From Candidatus Eiseniibacteriota bacterium (GTDB lineage Bacteria; Eisenbacteria; RBG-16-71-46): 13,222 nucleotides of DNA. The notes beneath the pieces were generated by a model. The model saw only the letters and a list, made by a program, of their open reading frames with translations. It did no database searches and was not told the origin of the DNA. Numbering within the stretch: the first letter of the stretch is position 1; each line of letters starts with the position of its first letter. Location of the stretch: the NCBI GenBank assembly GCA_031370785.1, contig JANMQY010000143.1:1-13222 (forward strand), given 5' to 3'. Below, piece after piece: positions 1 through 8,441 of this stretch. The position numbers and the translations under genes were made by a program.

Positions 1-95
1 GGCGGGGTGCCCGATGGCGAGTGGGGCCAGGAGCGGTGAGGTCTTTTGGGAGGGGTGGGCGACGGGGGTCCCCGCGAGTCATCGGGTACCCCGCC
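1..95 (+). repeat. 18-bp imperfect inverted repeat forming a long stem-loop downstream of uvrA
   Basis: 1-18 GGCGGGGTGCCCGATGGC pairs with 78-95 GTCATCGGGTACCCCGCC. Both deviations are G-U pairs on the + strand. The repeat may extend beyond the window edge. Confidence 0.7.
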
Positions 96-126
96 CCCCG
101 ACGACACGCTCGAACGAAGCGAGGTT

Positions 127-2928
127 TCAGGCGCCAGCCGACGCCGATTTGGTCGCCTGCAGGTGCTGGCGCAGGAATCGGCCGGTCCATGAGTCAGGAG
201 CTTCGAGCAATGACTCCGGCGGACCCTCTACCACCAGCTTTCCCCCTCGATCGCCGCCGTCGGGGCCGAGATCTACTACCCAGTCGCAGTTCGAGATGAC
301 GTCGAGGTTGTGCTCGACGACGATCACCGTGTCTCCGCGGGCGGTCAGATCGTCGAGGACTTCCAGCAGCCGCTGGACGTCGCTGAAGTGCAGGCCGACT
401 GTCGGCTCGTCGAGCAGGTAGAGCGTCGGGCCCTCGCCTTTCTGCGAGAGCTCGCGCGCAATCTTGAGGCGCTGAGCTTCGCCGCCCGAAAGCTGGGTCG
501 CCGGCTGGCCGAGCCGCAGGTAGCCGAGCCCGACGCGGCGCAACAGGTGCAACGCGCGGGTGAACTTGGGCTCGGTCGCGAAGTGCTGGAACGCCTGGTC
601 CACGGTCATGTCGAGCGCATCGCGGATGTTCGCCCCGCGGAATCGCACCTCGAGCACTTCGCGCCGGAAGCGGTCGCCTCCGCACGCTTCGCACGGCACC
701 AGCAGGTCGGCGAGGAAGAACATCTCGACCGTCACCAGCCCCGCGCCCTCGCACTGCTCGCAGCGCCCGCCCGGGGTGTTGAACGAGAACGCGCCCTCGC
801 GCAGGCCGCGCGCAAGCGCCGCCGGCTGGCGCGCGAAGATCTCGCGCAATGGCGAAAGCGCACCCATGTAGGTCACTGGACACGAGCGCGGGCTGCGTCC
901 GATCGGAGTCTGATCCACCATCGCGATCCGGCGCAGCGACTCGAGCCCGCGCACCGCGCGATGCGCCCCCGCAGGCTCCTCTTCGCGGCCCTCGAGTGCG
1001 CGCCGCGCGGCGCGATACAGCACTTCCTCGACCAGGCTGCTCTTGCCCGAACCCGAGACGCCGGTGACCGCGCTCAGCCGCCCGAGCGGGAAGCGCACGC
1101 TCACGTCGCGCAGGTTGTGGTGCGTGGCGCCTTCGACGCTCACGAAGCCGCTCGGGACGCCGCCTCGACGCGCGCGGCTGACGCGCTTCTCGCCGCGCAG
1201 ATAGCGCGCGGTCTCGGAATCGGCAGCGCTCAAGGCTTCTCCCCCGGGCCCGGCGTAGAGCACGTTGCCACCGAGCTGGCCGGCGCCCGGCCCCAGGTCC
1301 AGCAGATGATCCGCGGCGCGCATGATCATGGGCTCGTGCTCGACCAGCACCAGCGTGTTTCCGCGCCCGGCCAGCTCTTCGAGGATCGAGATCAGGCGCT
1401 CGGTGTCGCGCGGATGAAGCCCGACGGTCGGCTCGTCCAGCACGTAGAGCGTGTCGGCGAGGTTGGCGCCGAGCGCGTTGGCCAGCTCGATGCGCTGCGC
1501 TTCGCCTCCGGAAAGGGTCCGGGTCAGGCGATCGAGCGTGAGATAGCCGAGATCCACGCGCTCGAGAAAGCCGAGCCGGGAATTCAGCTCATCCAGCACC
1601 GGCCCCGCGATCTCGCGCTCGAGCGCGCTGAAGTCGAGCGCGGCGATGAATGCCGCCGCCTGAGTCACGGTGAGCGCGACCACCTCCGCGATGTTGCGCT
1701 CTGCGATCCGCACGCTCAGCGCCTCGGGACGGAGCCGCGCGCCGCCGCAGGTCTCGCACGGGAGCGCGGTCTGGTAGGCCTTGACCAGGAACCGGTTGCC
1801 GGCCTTGTACGACTTGGCCTGCAGGCGCTCGAGGAATGGCATCACCCCGCGGAATCCTTCGCCACCTTCGAGCAGGATCTTCCGCTGCGCGGCGCCGAGG
1901 CGCTTCCACGGCATATCGAGCGGAATGCCCTGCTTCTTCGCAAAGGCTTCGAGCCTCGGCATCGCGATCTTCTTCCACGATCCGGCCCACGGCCTGATCG
2001 CGCCTTCGCGCAGCGTGAGCGAGGGGTTGGGGACCACCAGGTCCGCCGTGAACGTGAGCACGTTCCCGAATCCGCGGCAGGTCGGACACACCCCGAGCGG
2101 GCTGTTGAAGGAGAACAGCGCGGGCTCGGGCTGGATCGCGGCTGCACCGCACCGGCCACACTCCCAGCGCTCGCTGCGGCGCTCGACGTCTGCCGAGCCG
2201 CGCTTGAGCTCGAGCACTCCCTCACCGCGCCGGAATGCCTGCTCGCACGCTTCGGCGAGGCGTGCGTTCTCGGTCGCCTTCCACGTGAAGCGATCCACCA
2301 CGATTCGAACCTGTTTGGTCGCGCGCGGCAGCTTGGGCACCGGGTCCAGAGCGACGATCTCGTCTCCGAGCAGAATCCGGGTGAACCCGGCGCGCAGCAG
2401 GTGGGCGGCCTGTTCCTCCCAGGTGAGTCCCGCCGCGAGCCTGACTGGCGCCAGCACCAGCAGCGCCTCGCCCTCAGGCCAGCCGGCCGCTTCCCGGACG
2501 ATGGTTTCGGGGCGGTCGGGCGCGACCTTTCGGCCGCAGTTCATGCACTGCACCGTGCCCAGGCGCGCGAACAGCAGGCGAAGGTAGTCGTGCAGCTCGG
2601 TGGCGGTCGCCACCGTGGATCGCGCACTGCGCGTCTTGGCGGACTGCTGGATCGCGACCGCCGGCGTGAGCCCCGTAATCGAGTCCACATCGGGCCGCGG
2701 CAGACGATCGAGGAACTGCTTGGCGTAGGTCGAGACCGACTCGACGTAGCGTCGCTGGCCCTCGGCATACAGCGTGTCGAAGGCCAGCGACGACTTCCCT
2801 GAGCCCGAGACGCCGGTGATCACGCTCAGGCGGCCGCGCGGCAGATCCACGTCGATGTTCTGGAGGTTGTGCTGCCGGGCGCCACGGATGCGAATGACCG
2901 TCGCCCCGCGATGGTCGTGGTCGTTCAA
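127..2928 (-). CDS. uvrA: Excinuclease ABC subunit A (UvrA family), possibly a second paralog
   Basis: 933 aa. N-terminal [15 protein letters not shown], two Walker A motifs (GVSGSGKSS), [11 protein letters not shown], two ABC signatures (LSGGEAQR), Walker B motifs ([22 protein letters not shown]), multiple CxxC zinc modules and C-terminal [11 protein letters not shown]. The TTG start at 2928 is uncertain by a few codons. Confidence 0.96.
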   Translation of the reverse strand: MNDHDHRGATVIRIRGARQHNLQNIDVDLPRGRLSVITGVSGSGKSSLAFDTLYAEGQRRYVESVSTYAKQFLDRLPRPDVDSITGLTPAVAIQQSAKTRSARSTVATATELHDYLRLLFARLGTVQCMNCGRKVAPDRPETIVREAAGWPEGEALLVLAPVRLAAGLTWEEQAAHLLRAGFTRILLGDEIVALDPVPKLPRATKQVRIVVDRFTWKATENARLAEACEQAFRRGEGVLELKRGSADVERRSERWECGRCGAAAIQPEPALFSFNSPLGVCPTCRGFGNVLTFTADLVVPNPSLTLREGAIRPWAGSWKKIAMPRLEAFAKKQGIPLDMPWKRLGAAQRKILLEGGEGFRGVMPFLERLQAKSYKAGNRFLVKAYQTALPCETCGGARLRPEALSVRIAERNIAEVVALTVTQAAAFIAALDFSALEREIAGPVLDELNSRLGFLERVDLGYLTLDRLTRTLSGGEAQRIELANALGANLADTLYVLDEPTVGLHPRDTERLISILEELAGRGNTLVLVEHEPMIMRAADHLLDLGPGAGQLGGNVLYAGPGGEALSAADSETARYLRGEKRVSRARRGGVPSGFVSVEGATHHNLRDVSVRFPLGRLSAVTGVSGSGKSSLVEEVLYRAARRALEGREEEPAGAHRAVRGLESLRRIAMVDQTPIGRSPRSCPVTYMGALSPLREIFARQPAALARGLREGAFSFNTPGGRCEQCEGAGLVTVEMFFLADLLVPCEACGGDRFRREVLEVRFRGANIRDALDMTVDQAFQHFATEPKFTRALHLLRRVGLGYLRLGQPATQLSGGEAQRLKIARELSQKGEGPTLYLLDEPTVGLHFSDVQRLLEVLDDLTARGDTVIVVEHNLDVISNCDWVVDLGPDGGDRGGKLVVEGPPESLLEAPDSWTGRFLRQHLQATKSASAGA

Positions 2929-2980
2929 GGATGCCTCGCGTGAGGTCGTCCGGCCTTGTGGGATGAAGGAAGGTCGGCGA

Positions 2981-2989
2981 ACTATATCA
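2981..2989 (-). promoter_or_regulatory. Candidate extended -10 sigma70-type promoter for uvrA
   Basis: The minus strand reads TGaTATAGT (TGn plus a 5/6 match to TATAAT) about 50 nt upstream of the uvrA start, in a GC-rich context. There is no good -35 at 17 nt spacing. Confidence 0.5.
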
Positions 2990-3028
2990 CGCGGGTCACG
3001 ACCGGAATGACAGTGCGTGGGAGGCGAA

Positions 3029-3054
3029 CGGCTCGCTCTTCCATGAGCGAGCCG
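3029..3054. repeat. Perfect 10-bp inverted repeat (hairpin)
   Basis: CGGCTCGCTC (3029-3038), loop TTCCAT, GAGCGAGCCG (3045-3054). Confidence 0.8.
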
Positions 3055-3180
3055 CCGCAGTGAACTGGAGGAAAACAGCCAGCCCTAGCGCAAAGCCCCC
3101 AGCCCCCAGGCGAGACTCGTCGTCACCGCGGAACGCGGCAGATCGCGAGTCCGATTCGTCCGGCACATCCAGTGCCCCTC

Positions 3181-3222
3181 TAAACAATCGGGGATTGGCC
3201 GACGTGGAGCCGACCAATCCCC
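3181..3222 (-). terminator. Probable intrinsic terminator or 3' stabilising hairpin of the micropeptide transcript
   Basis: Minus-strand RNA GGGGAUUGGUCGGC-UCCAC-GUCGGCCAAUCCCC forms a 14-bp stem. Its two G-U pairs work only on the minus strand. It starts 24 nt after the TAA and is followed by an imperfect U-rich tail, GAUUGUUUA. Confidence 0.65.
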
Positions 3223-3246
3223 TGAGGACGTGCCAGGTCCAGATGG

Positions 3247-3315
3247 TTACTTCTTCTTCTTCGCAGCCTTCTTCTTCGTGCCCTTCTTCTTCGCAGCCTT
3301 CTTCTTGGCAGCCAT
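3247..3315 (-). CDS. 22-aa lysine/alanine-rich micropeptide MAAKKKAAKKKGTKKKAAKKKK (histone H1-like composition)
   Basis: Translated by hand: ATG at 3315-3313, TAA at 3249-3247, 69 nt. GAGGAGGTGA lies 6 nt upstream and a strong hairpin follows. It is too short for the supplied ORF track. Confidence 0.8.
   Translation of the reverse strand: MAAKKKAAKKKGTKKKAAKKKK
3253..3306. repeat. Exact 24-bp direct repeat, period 30, inside the micropeptide ORF
   Basis: CTTCTTCTTCGCAGCCTTCTTCTT at 3253-3276 and 3283-3306, encoding KKKAAKKK twice on the minus strand. Confidence 0.9.
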
Positions 3316-3321
3316 TACGAA

Positions 3322-3331
3322 TCACCTCCTC
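3322..3331 (-). promoter_or_regulatory. Very strong Shine-Dalgarno for the micropeptide
   Basis: Plus-strand TCACCTCCTC is minus-strand GAGGAGGTGA, followed by spacer TTCGTA and then ATG. Confidence 0.88.
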
Positions 3332-3412
3332 ATTTCTGAACTCGATGCGACGGAGCGAACCCCGCCAGGACGTCGTTGGCGGCCGCGTTCTCTGCGGCCC
3401 TTGCGGCCCGCG

Positions 3413-3436
3413 CGCGAAGCACCCGAGTGCTTCGCG
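3413..3436. repeat. Perfect 10-bp hairpin near the predicted 5' end of the sigma54 transcript
   Basis: CGCGAAGCAC (3413-3422), 4-nt loop, GTGCTTCGCG (3427-3436). Flanking GGCC/GGCC can extend the stem. Confidence 0.8.
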
Positions 3437-3456
3437 TGGCCTTGCATTCAGGATTA

Positions 3457-3472
3457 AGCAGCAGCTATGCCA
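3457..3472 (-). promoter_or_regulatory. Sigma54 (RpoN) -24/-12 promoter
   Basis: Minus-strand TGGCATAGCTGCTGCT matches consensus TGGCAC-N5-TTGCW with exact GG-N10-GC spacing. It lies about 210 bp downstream of a sigma54 activator gene and points at the micropeptide ORF. Predicted start site is about 3446. Confidence 0.78.
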
Positions 3473-3595
3473 CGAGGCCGCGAGGTCTCTGGATTCTGCT
3501 CGCAAGATGATGTGTCGAATTAGATTAGTAATTTACGAGAGCGCGCGAAGCTCTGTGGAGAAGCGTGGAAAGCCGCGTGGATAAACCCCGTAACC

Positions 3596-3684
3596 GTCAA
3601 GTTTATTGCGGCTTACTGCGATTTCATTACGCAAGCGCTTGCGAATGAATCAATTGCCCGCGAGTGTCCAGAAATTTGTGGGTG

Positions 3685-3698
<14 letters not shown>
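3596..3698. promoter_or_regulatory. Candidate upstream activator sequences (GTCAA-N5-TTG repeats)
   Basis: GTCAAGTTTATTG (3596), GTCCAGAAATTTG (3666) and GTCAAGAGACTTGAC (3684, palindromic). They lie roughly 150-250 bp upstream of the predicted sigma54 start, in a relatively AT-rich stretch. Confidence 0.45.
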
Positions 3699-5055
<1,357 letters not shown>

Positions 5056-5062
5056 CGAGGGC

Positions 5063-6163
5063 TCATTCCTCCGGTTTGCCCGACGGCTCGGCCGGCACCG
5101 GGAACGAGACGCGCAGCGTAGCACCGCCGCCCGCATTGTTCTTGGCGGTGATCACGCCGCCCACGTCGCGCACGATCTGCACCGAGATCGGCAGCCCGAG
5201 CCCGGTGCCCATGGAGCGCGTGGTGAAGAACGGGTCGAAGATCTTCTCCATCAGCTCGCGCGGGATCCCGACCCCGCTGTCCTGGAACGAGACGTCGATC
5301 ATGGAGCGCCGCGTCCGGTAGCGGCGCACCGCCGTCGCCACGTGCAACTCGCCCCCCTCGGGCATGGCCTGCACCGCGTTCAGGCACAGGTTCAGGAACA
5401 CCTGCTGGGTCAGATCGGGGTCCACCACCACCTGCGGCACGTCGTCGTCGTAGTCGCGGACCAGCTTCACCTCGGCGTCTCCGAGCTGCAGCTCGAGCAG
5501 ATCGAGGGTCTTGTCCAGGATCGGATGGAGATCGCACGGCTGGGGCTTGGCGGCCGGAGGGCGCGCGAACATGAGCAGTCCGGTGATGATCTGCTCGATC
5601 CGGTCCAGCTCCTTGATCACGTCTTCGAGGTCCTCGCGCCGCGAGTCGTTGGGCTTGAGCTTGGAGCCCACGAACTGGACCGTGGTGCGGATCCCGGTCA
5701 GCGGATTGCGGATCTCGTGGGCCACGTAGGCGGAAAGCTCGCCGAGTGAGACCAGCCGGTCGATCTTCTTCTGGAATTCGCCGTCCTCGGTCTCCGAGAT
5801 GGCTTCGCCGAGCACGACCGACCCGACCACCTCGCCGTCCTCGTCTCGCAGCGGCAGGGACTCGGCCTTGAGCGTGAGCTGGCGCCCTTCGGCCTCGAGC
5901 TTGAAGTCGCGCGGCTCGCGCGAGGCGCCCTTGAGCCAGCGGGCCTCGGCCCCGGGGAACAGGCGCGAGCCGGGCATGCCGATCAGGGCCCCGGCCTCGA
6001 GCCCGAGCAGCTCCTCGATCCGCCGGTTGCTGTAGATCACCTTCCGTTCGCGGTCGAGCGCGACCACCCCCTGCTCGAGCGCATCCAGGACCAGCTCGGG
6101 CACGGGGTCCGGGCGCGCCGCGGGCTCGGTCTCGGCGTGGCGGCTGACGGCATCGCTGCGCAT
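5063..6163 (-). CDS. Cytoplasmic PAS-domain sensor histidine kinase (NtrB/AtoS-like)
   Basis: PAS-like VLDALEQGVVALDRERKVIYSNRRIEELLG, H-box AYVAHEIRNPLTGI, N-box QVFLNLCLNAVQAM, G1 DSGVGI, F-box IFDPFFTT and G2 GTGLGL. No hydrophobic membrane segment. ATG 6163 is preferred because GGGAG lies 5 nt upstream; GTG 6223 is the alternative. Confidence 0.93.
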   Translation of the reverse strand: MRSDAVSRHAETEPAARPDPVPELVLDALEQGVVALDRERKVIYSNRRIEELLGLEAGALIGMPGSRLFPGAEARWLKGASREPRDFKLEAEGRQLTLKAESLPLRDEDGEVVGSVVLGEAISETEDGEFQKKIDRLVSLGELSAYVAHEIRNPLTGIRTTVQFVGSKLKPNDSRREDLEDVIKELDRIEQIITGLLMFARPPAAKPQPCDLHPILDKTLDLLELQLGDAEVKLVRDYDDDVPQVVVDPDLTQQVFLNLCLNAVQAMPEGGELHVATAVRRYRTRRSMIDVSFQDSGVGIPRELMEKIFDPFFTTRSMGTGLGLPISVQIVRDVGGVITAKNNAGGGATLRVSFPVPAEPSGKPEE

Positions 6164-6294
6164 GAGCACTCCCGAACGGCGGGTGAACAGATCGACAAAG
6201 ACGTAACACCGGTGCGGCGTCACGCTCCATCATAGCCGCTCGCACCGACCTCGCGGGTGCGGAATTTCGATGGGACCGGGACGCGGCCGCGCGG

Positions 6295-6323
6295 TTGTTT
6301 CGCCTTTACGCGGCTGCTAGACT
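6295..6323 (+). promoter_or_regulatory. Candidate sigma70-type promoter for the PpiD-like gene
   Basis: TTGTTT (6295-6300), 17-nt spacer ending in TGc, TAGACT (6318-6323). GGAG RBS at 6385-6388 precedes ATG 6395. Confidence 0.55.
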
Positions 6324-6394
6324 CCCCGGTCGCTTTCCAAACACATCCTTCTCTTCGACCATAGAACGGCTTCTCGAGCCGCCTGGAGTAACGA

Positions 6395-8224
6395 ATGCTT
6401 CGAGTTCTGCGCAGCGGCAGCAAGCGCGTCAAGATGCTCTGGTGGGCGATCGCGATCGTGACCATCGCGACGTTCATCGGCGGCTTCATCTTCCTGTTCG
6501 GTGCCGGCCTCAATTCTTCGATGCGGGCCCAGGCCACCGGCGCGATCGGAACCGTGAACGGTCTGCCGATCACGCGAAGCGACTGGCAGAGTGCGCTGGC
6601 CGACCAGCGCGAGGCCTTCAAGCGCAACTACGGCAACGAGCCTGCCGAGCGCGACCTCAAGATGATCGAGCTGCAGACCTGGCGCACGCTGGTCACGCAG
6701 CGCCTGCTCGCCGAGCAGGCGAAGAACCAGGGGCTCTCGGCGAAGGACGAGGAGATCAAGATCGCGATCCAGACCTCGCCGCCGCAGGCCGTTGCCACGC
6801 TCCCGGCGTTTCAGACCGACGGGAAGTTCGACCCGAACAAGTATCGCGCCGCGCTCGGCGACCCGAACCAGAACTGGGCTCCGGTCGAGGAGATGATGCG
6901 CGAGCAGCTGCCGATCCGTAAGCTCCAGGAGCGCCTGCTCTCGTCGATCAAGCTGGCCGAGCCGGAGCTACGCGAGGCGTATCGCGACCGCTACGAGAAG
7001 CTCGACGCCACCGTGATCCAGCTCGTGCCCGACATGACCGCCAAGGTCACGCCGCCGAACGATGCCGAGCTCAAGCACATCTACGACCAGTACAAGGGCC
7101 GCTTCAGCGCCCCCGCCCGCACCCAGCTCGAGCTGCTCATCCAGCCCAAGAAGTTCGGCGATGAGGAAGTGCGGGTCGCGCGCGAGCTGGCGGTGAGCCT
7201 GGTCGCCCGCGCCCGTAAGGGCGAGGAGTTCGGCGTGCTGGCCCGCGACTATTCGGACGGGCCGGGCAACGACAAGGGCGGCGAGATTGGGCGCCCGCTC
7301 ACCCCCAACGACTTCGGTCCCGAGCTCGCGCCGCAGGTTGCCGCGATGCAGCCGGGACAGATCAGCGATCCGTTCCAGGACGGCGGCCGGTTCATCATCC
7401 TCAAGTACATCGAGCGCCTTCCGCCCGCTCTGGGCGCGCCGACCGGCGGAATGCGCATCGCGCAGATCGTGGTGCGGGTTCGCCCCAACGAGAACTCGCT
7501 GCGCGACCAGTACCAGGCCCTGCAGAAGCTGCGCAATCGCGCGGGTTCGGGCGGGCTTGGGAAGGCCGCGGCCGAGGCCGGGCTCGCGACGATCAAGACG
7601 CCGTTCTACGACCTCAGCAACATGCCGCAGCAGCTCTATACCGTGCCCGAAGTCGCGGACTGGGGCATCAGCGCGAAGCAGGGCGCGGTCAGCCACGTCT
7701 TCGAGGGCATCGATGAGTTCGTGGTCGCTCAGGTGGCCGGAAAGCACGCCGCCGGCGCGCCGCCTCGCGAGGAAATCGCCGATCGACTGCGCGAGCTGGC
7801 GGAGATGGACAAGCGTGTGTTGGCCGACAAGCCGCGCGCGGATGCGATCGCTGCAGAGCTGGCCAAGGGCAAGTCGCTCGAGCAGGCCGCGAATGAGAAG
7901 GGCGTGACGCCGATCGTGGTCAAGGGCATGAACCGCGCGACTCCGGAGCCGCGGCTGTTCGCGGTGCCCGAGATCACGGGCGCGATGTTCGCGGCGCCGA
8001 CGGGCAAGGTGCTGGGACCGCTGCACGGGGTCAACGGCTGGTATTTCGTGCGGGCCGATCGGCGGATCGCCGCGAACCCGGCCATGTACGACAGCCTCAA
8101 GGGCACGCTGAGCAGCGAGATCCTCACCCGCCGCCAGCAGAGCTTCTTCGGCGGCTACCTCAGCGACCTTCGCGACAAGGCGAAGGTGCAGGATCTGCGC
8201 GCCGGCGAAACCTCGGGCAACTAG
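6395..8224 (+). CDS. PpiD/SurA-like membrane-anchored periplasmic chaperone with parvulin-type domain
   Basis: 609 aa. Basic N-terminus MLRVLRSG then a hydrophobic anchor (LWWAIAIVTIATFIGGFIFLFG), SurA_N-like IGTVNGLPIT...LLAEQAKNQGLS...FQTDGKFD, and parvulin-like FGVLARDYSDGPGNDKGGEIG...PGQISDPF. Confidence 0.88.
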   Translation: MLRVLRSGSKRVKMLWWAIAIVTIATFIGGFIFLFGAGLNSSMRAQATGAIGTVNGLPITRSDWQSALADQREAFKRNYGNEPAERDLKMIELQTWRTLVTQRLLAEQAKNQGLSAKDEEIKIAIQTSPPQAVATLPAFQTDGKFDPNKYRAALGDPNQNWAPVEEMMREQLPIRKLQERLLSSIKLAEPELREAYRDRYEKLDATVIQLVPDMTAKVTPPNDAELKHIYDQYKGRFSAPARTQLELLIQPKKFGDEEVRVARELAVSLVARARKGEEFGVLARDYSDGPGNDKGGEIGRPLTPNDFGPELAPQVAAMQPGQISDPFQDGGRFIILKYIERLPPALGAPTGGMRIAQIVVRVRPNENSLRDQYQALQKLRNRAGSGGLGKAAAEAGLATIKTPFYDLSNMPQQLYTVPEVADWGISAKQGAVSHVFEGIDEFVVAQVAGKHAAGAPPREEIADRLRELAEMDKRVLADKPRADAIAAELAKGKSLEQAANEKGVTPIVVKGMNRATPEPRLFAVPEITGAMFAAPTGKVLGPLHGVNGWYFVRADRRIAANPAMYDSLKGTLSSEILTRRQQSFFGGYLSDLRDKAKVQDLRAGETSGN

Positions 8225-8421
8225 CCTAGCGGCTTGTTGTCGGGCGGCTTCGCCGGCGGATCGTCGCGGTTGATCTCGTCGGTGATCTCGCGCTGCGCCT
8301 TGCGGAACTCGCGCATCGCCTGCCCGATCCCCCGCGCCATCTTCGGGATCTGACTCGGCCCGAACACCAGCAGGATGATCAGGAACAGCACTCCCATTTC
8401 CGCACCACCGAGACCGAACAC
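8221..8421 (-). CDS. tatA: Twin-arginine translocase TatA/E subunit
   Basis: MFGLGGAEMGVLFLIILLVFGPSQIPKMARGIGQAMREFRKA: GxxE, a TM helix, the FG hinge and an amphipathic helix. GTG start at 8421 with GAGGAGG 5 nt upstream; 66 aa, the C-terminal part of track ORF 8221..8826. Confidence 0.92.
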   Translation of the reverse strand: MFGLGGAEMGVLFLIILLVFGPSQIPKMARGIGQAMREFRKAQREITDEINRDDPPAKPPDNKPLG

Positions 8422-8441
8422 GTCTGCCTCCTCGCCTTGGC

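Noticed and set aside
310..2802. 830-aa plus-strand ORF antisense to uvrA
   Set aside because: Codon-aligned shadow ORF typical of high-GC genes; no recognisable motifs and fully inside a confident gene.
2978..2991. LexA box (CGAAC-N4-GTTCG type) at the uvrA promoter
   Set aside because: Only the CGAAC half matches; the other half reads TCACG, and the LexA motif of this lineage is unknown.
3253..3306. CRISPR-like repeat
   Set aside because: Only two low-complexity 24-bp copies with a 6-bp gap, inside a reading frame; no cas genes.
3247..3315. Classical lysine-sensing attenuator leader peptide
   Set aside because: The downstream gene is uvrA, not Lys biosynthesis or transport, and the peptide has a regular histone-like pattern. 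Readthrough control is kept only as a weak alternative.
3001..3450. Possible tmRNA, RNase P RNA, SRP RNA or tRNA in the structured gap
   Set aside because: No tRNA-like ends or T-arm, no ALAA-type tag frame, no GAGGAAAGUCC, and no complete SRP motif (CCAGGTCC at 3233 is not followed by GGAAGGAAGCAG).
2996..3584. Track ORFs 2996..3505 (-), 3060..3584 (+) and 3230..3457 (+, Phe-rich)
   Set aside because: Their low-complexity runs (EEE, SSS, FFF) are alternative readings of the same AAG/CTT repeat. Only the 3315 ATG has a strong SD at proper spacing.
6229..6234. Minus-strand TATGAT as -10 box for the kinase
   Set aside because: Plausible, but it has no -35 and no TGn extension, so support is too thin to list as a feature.
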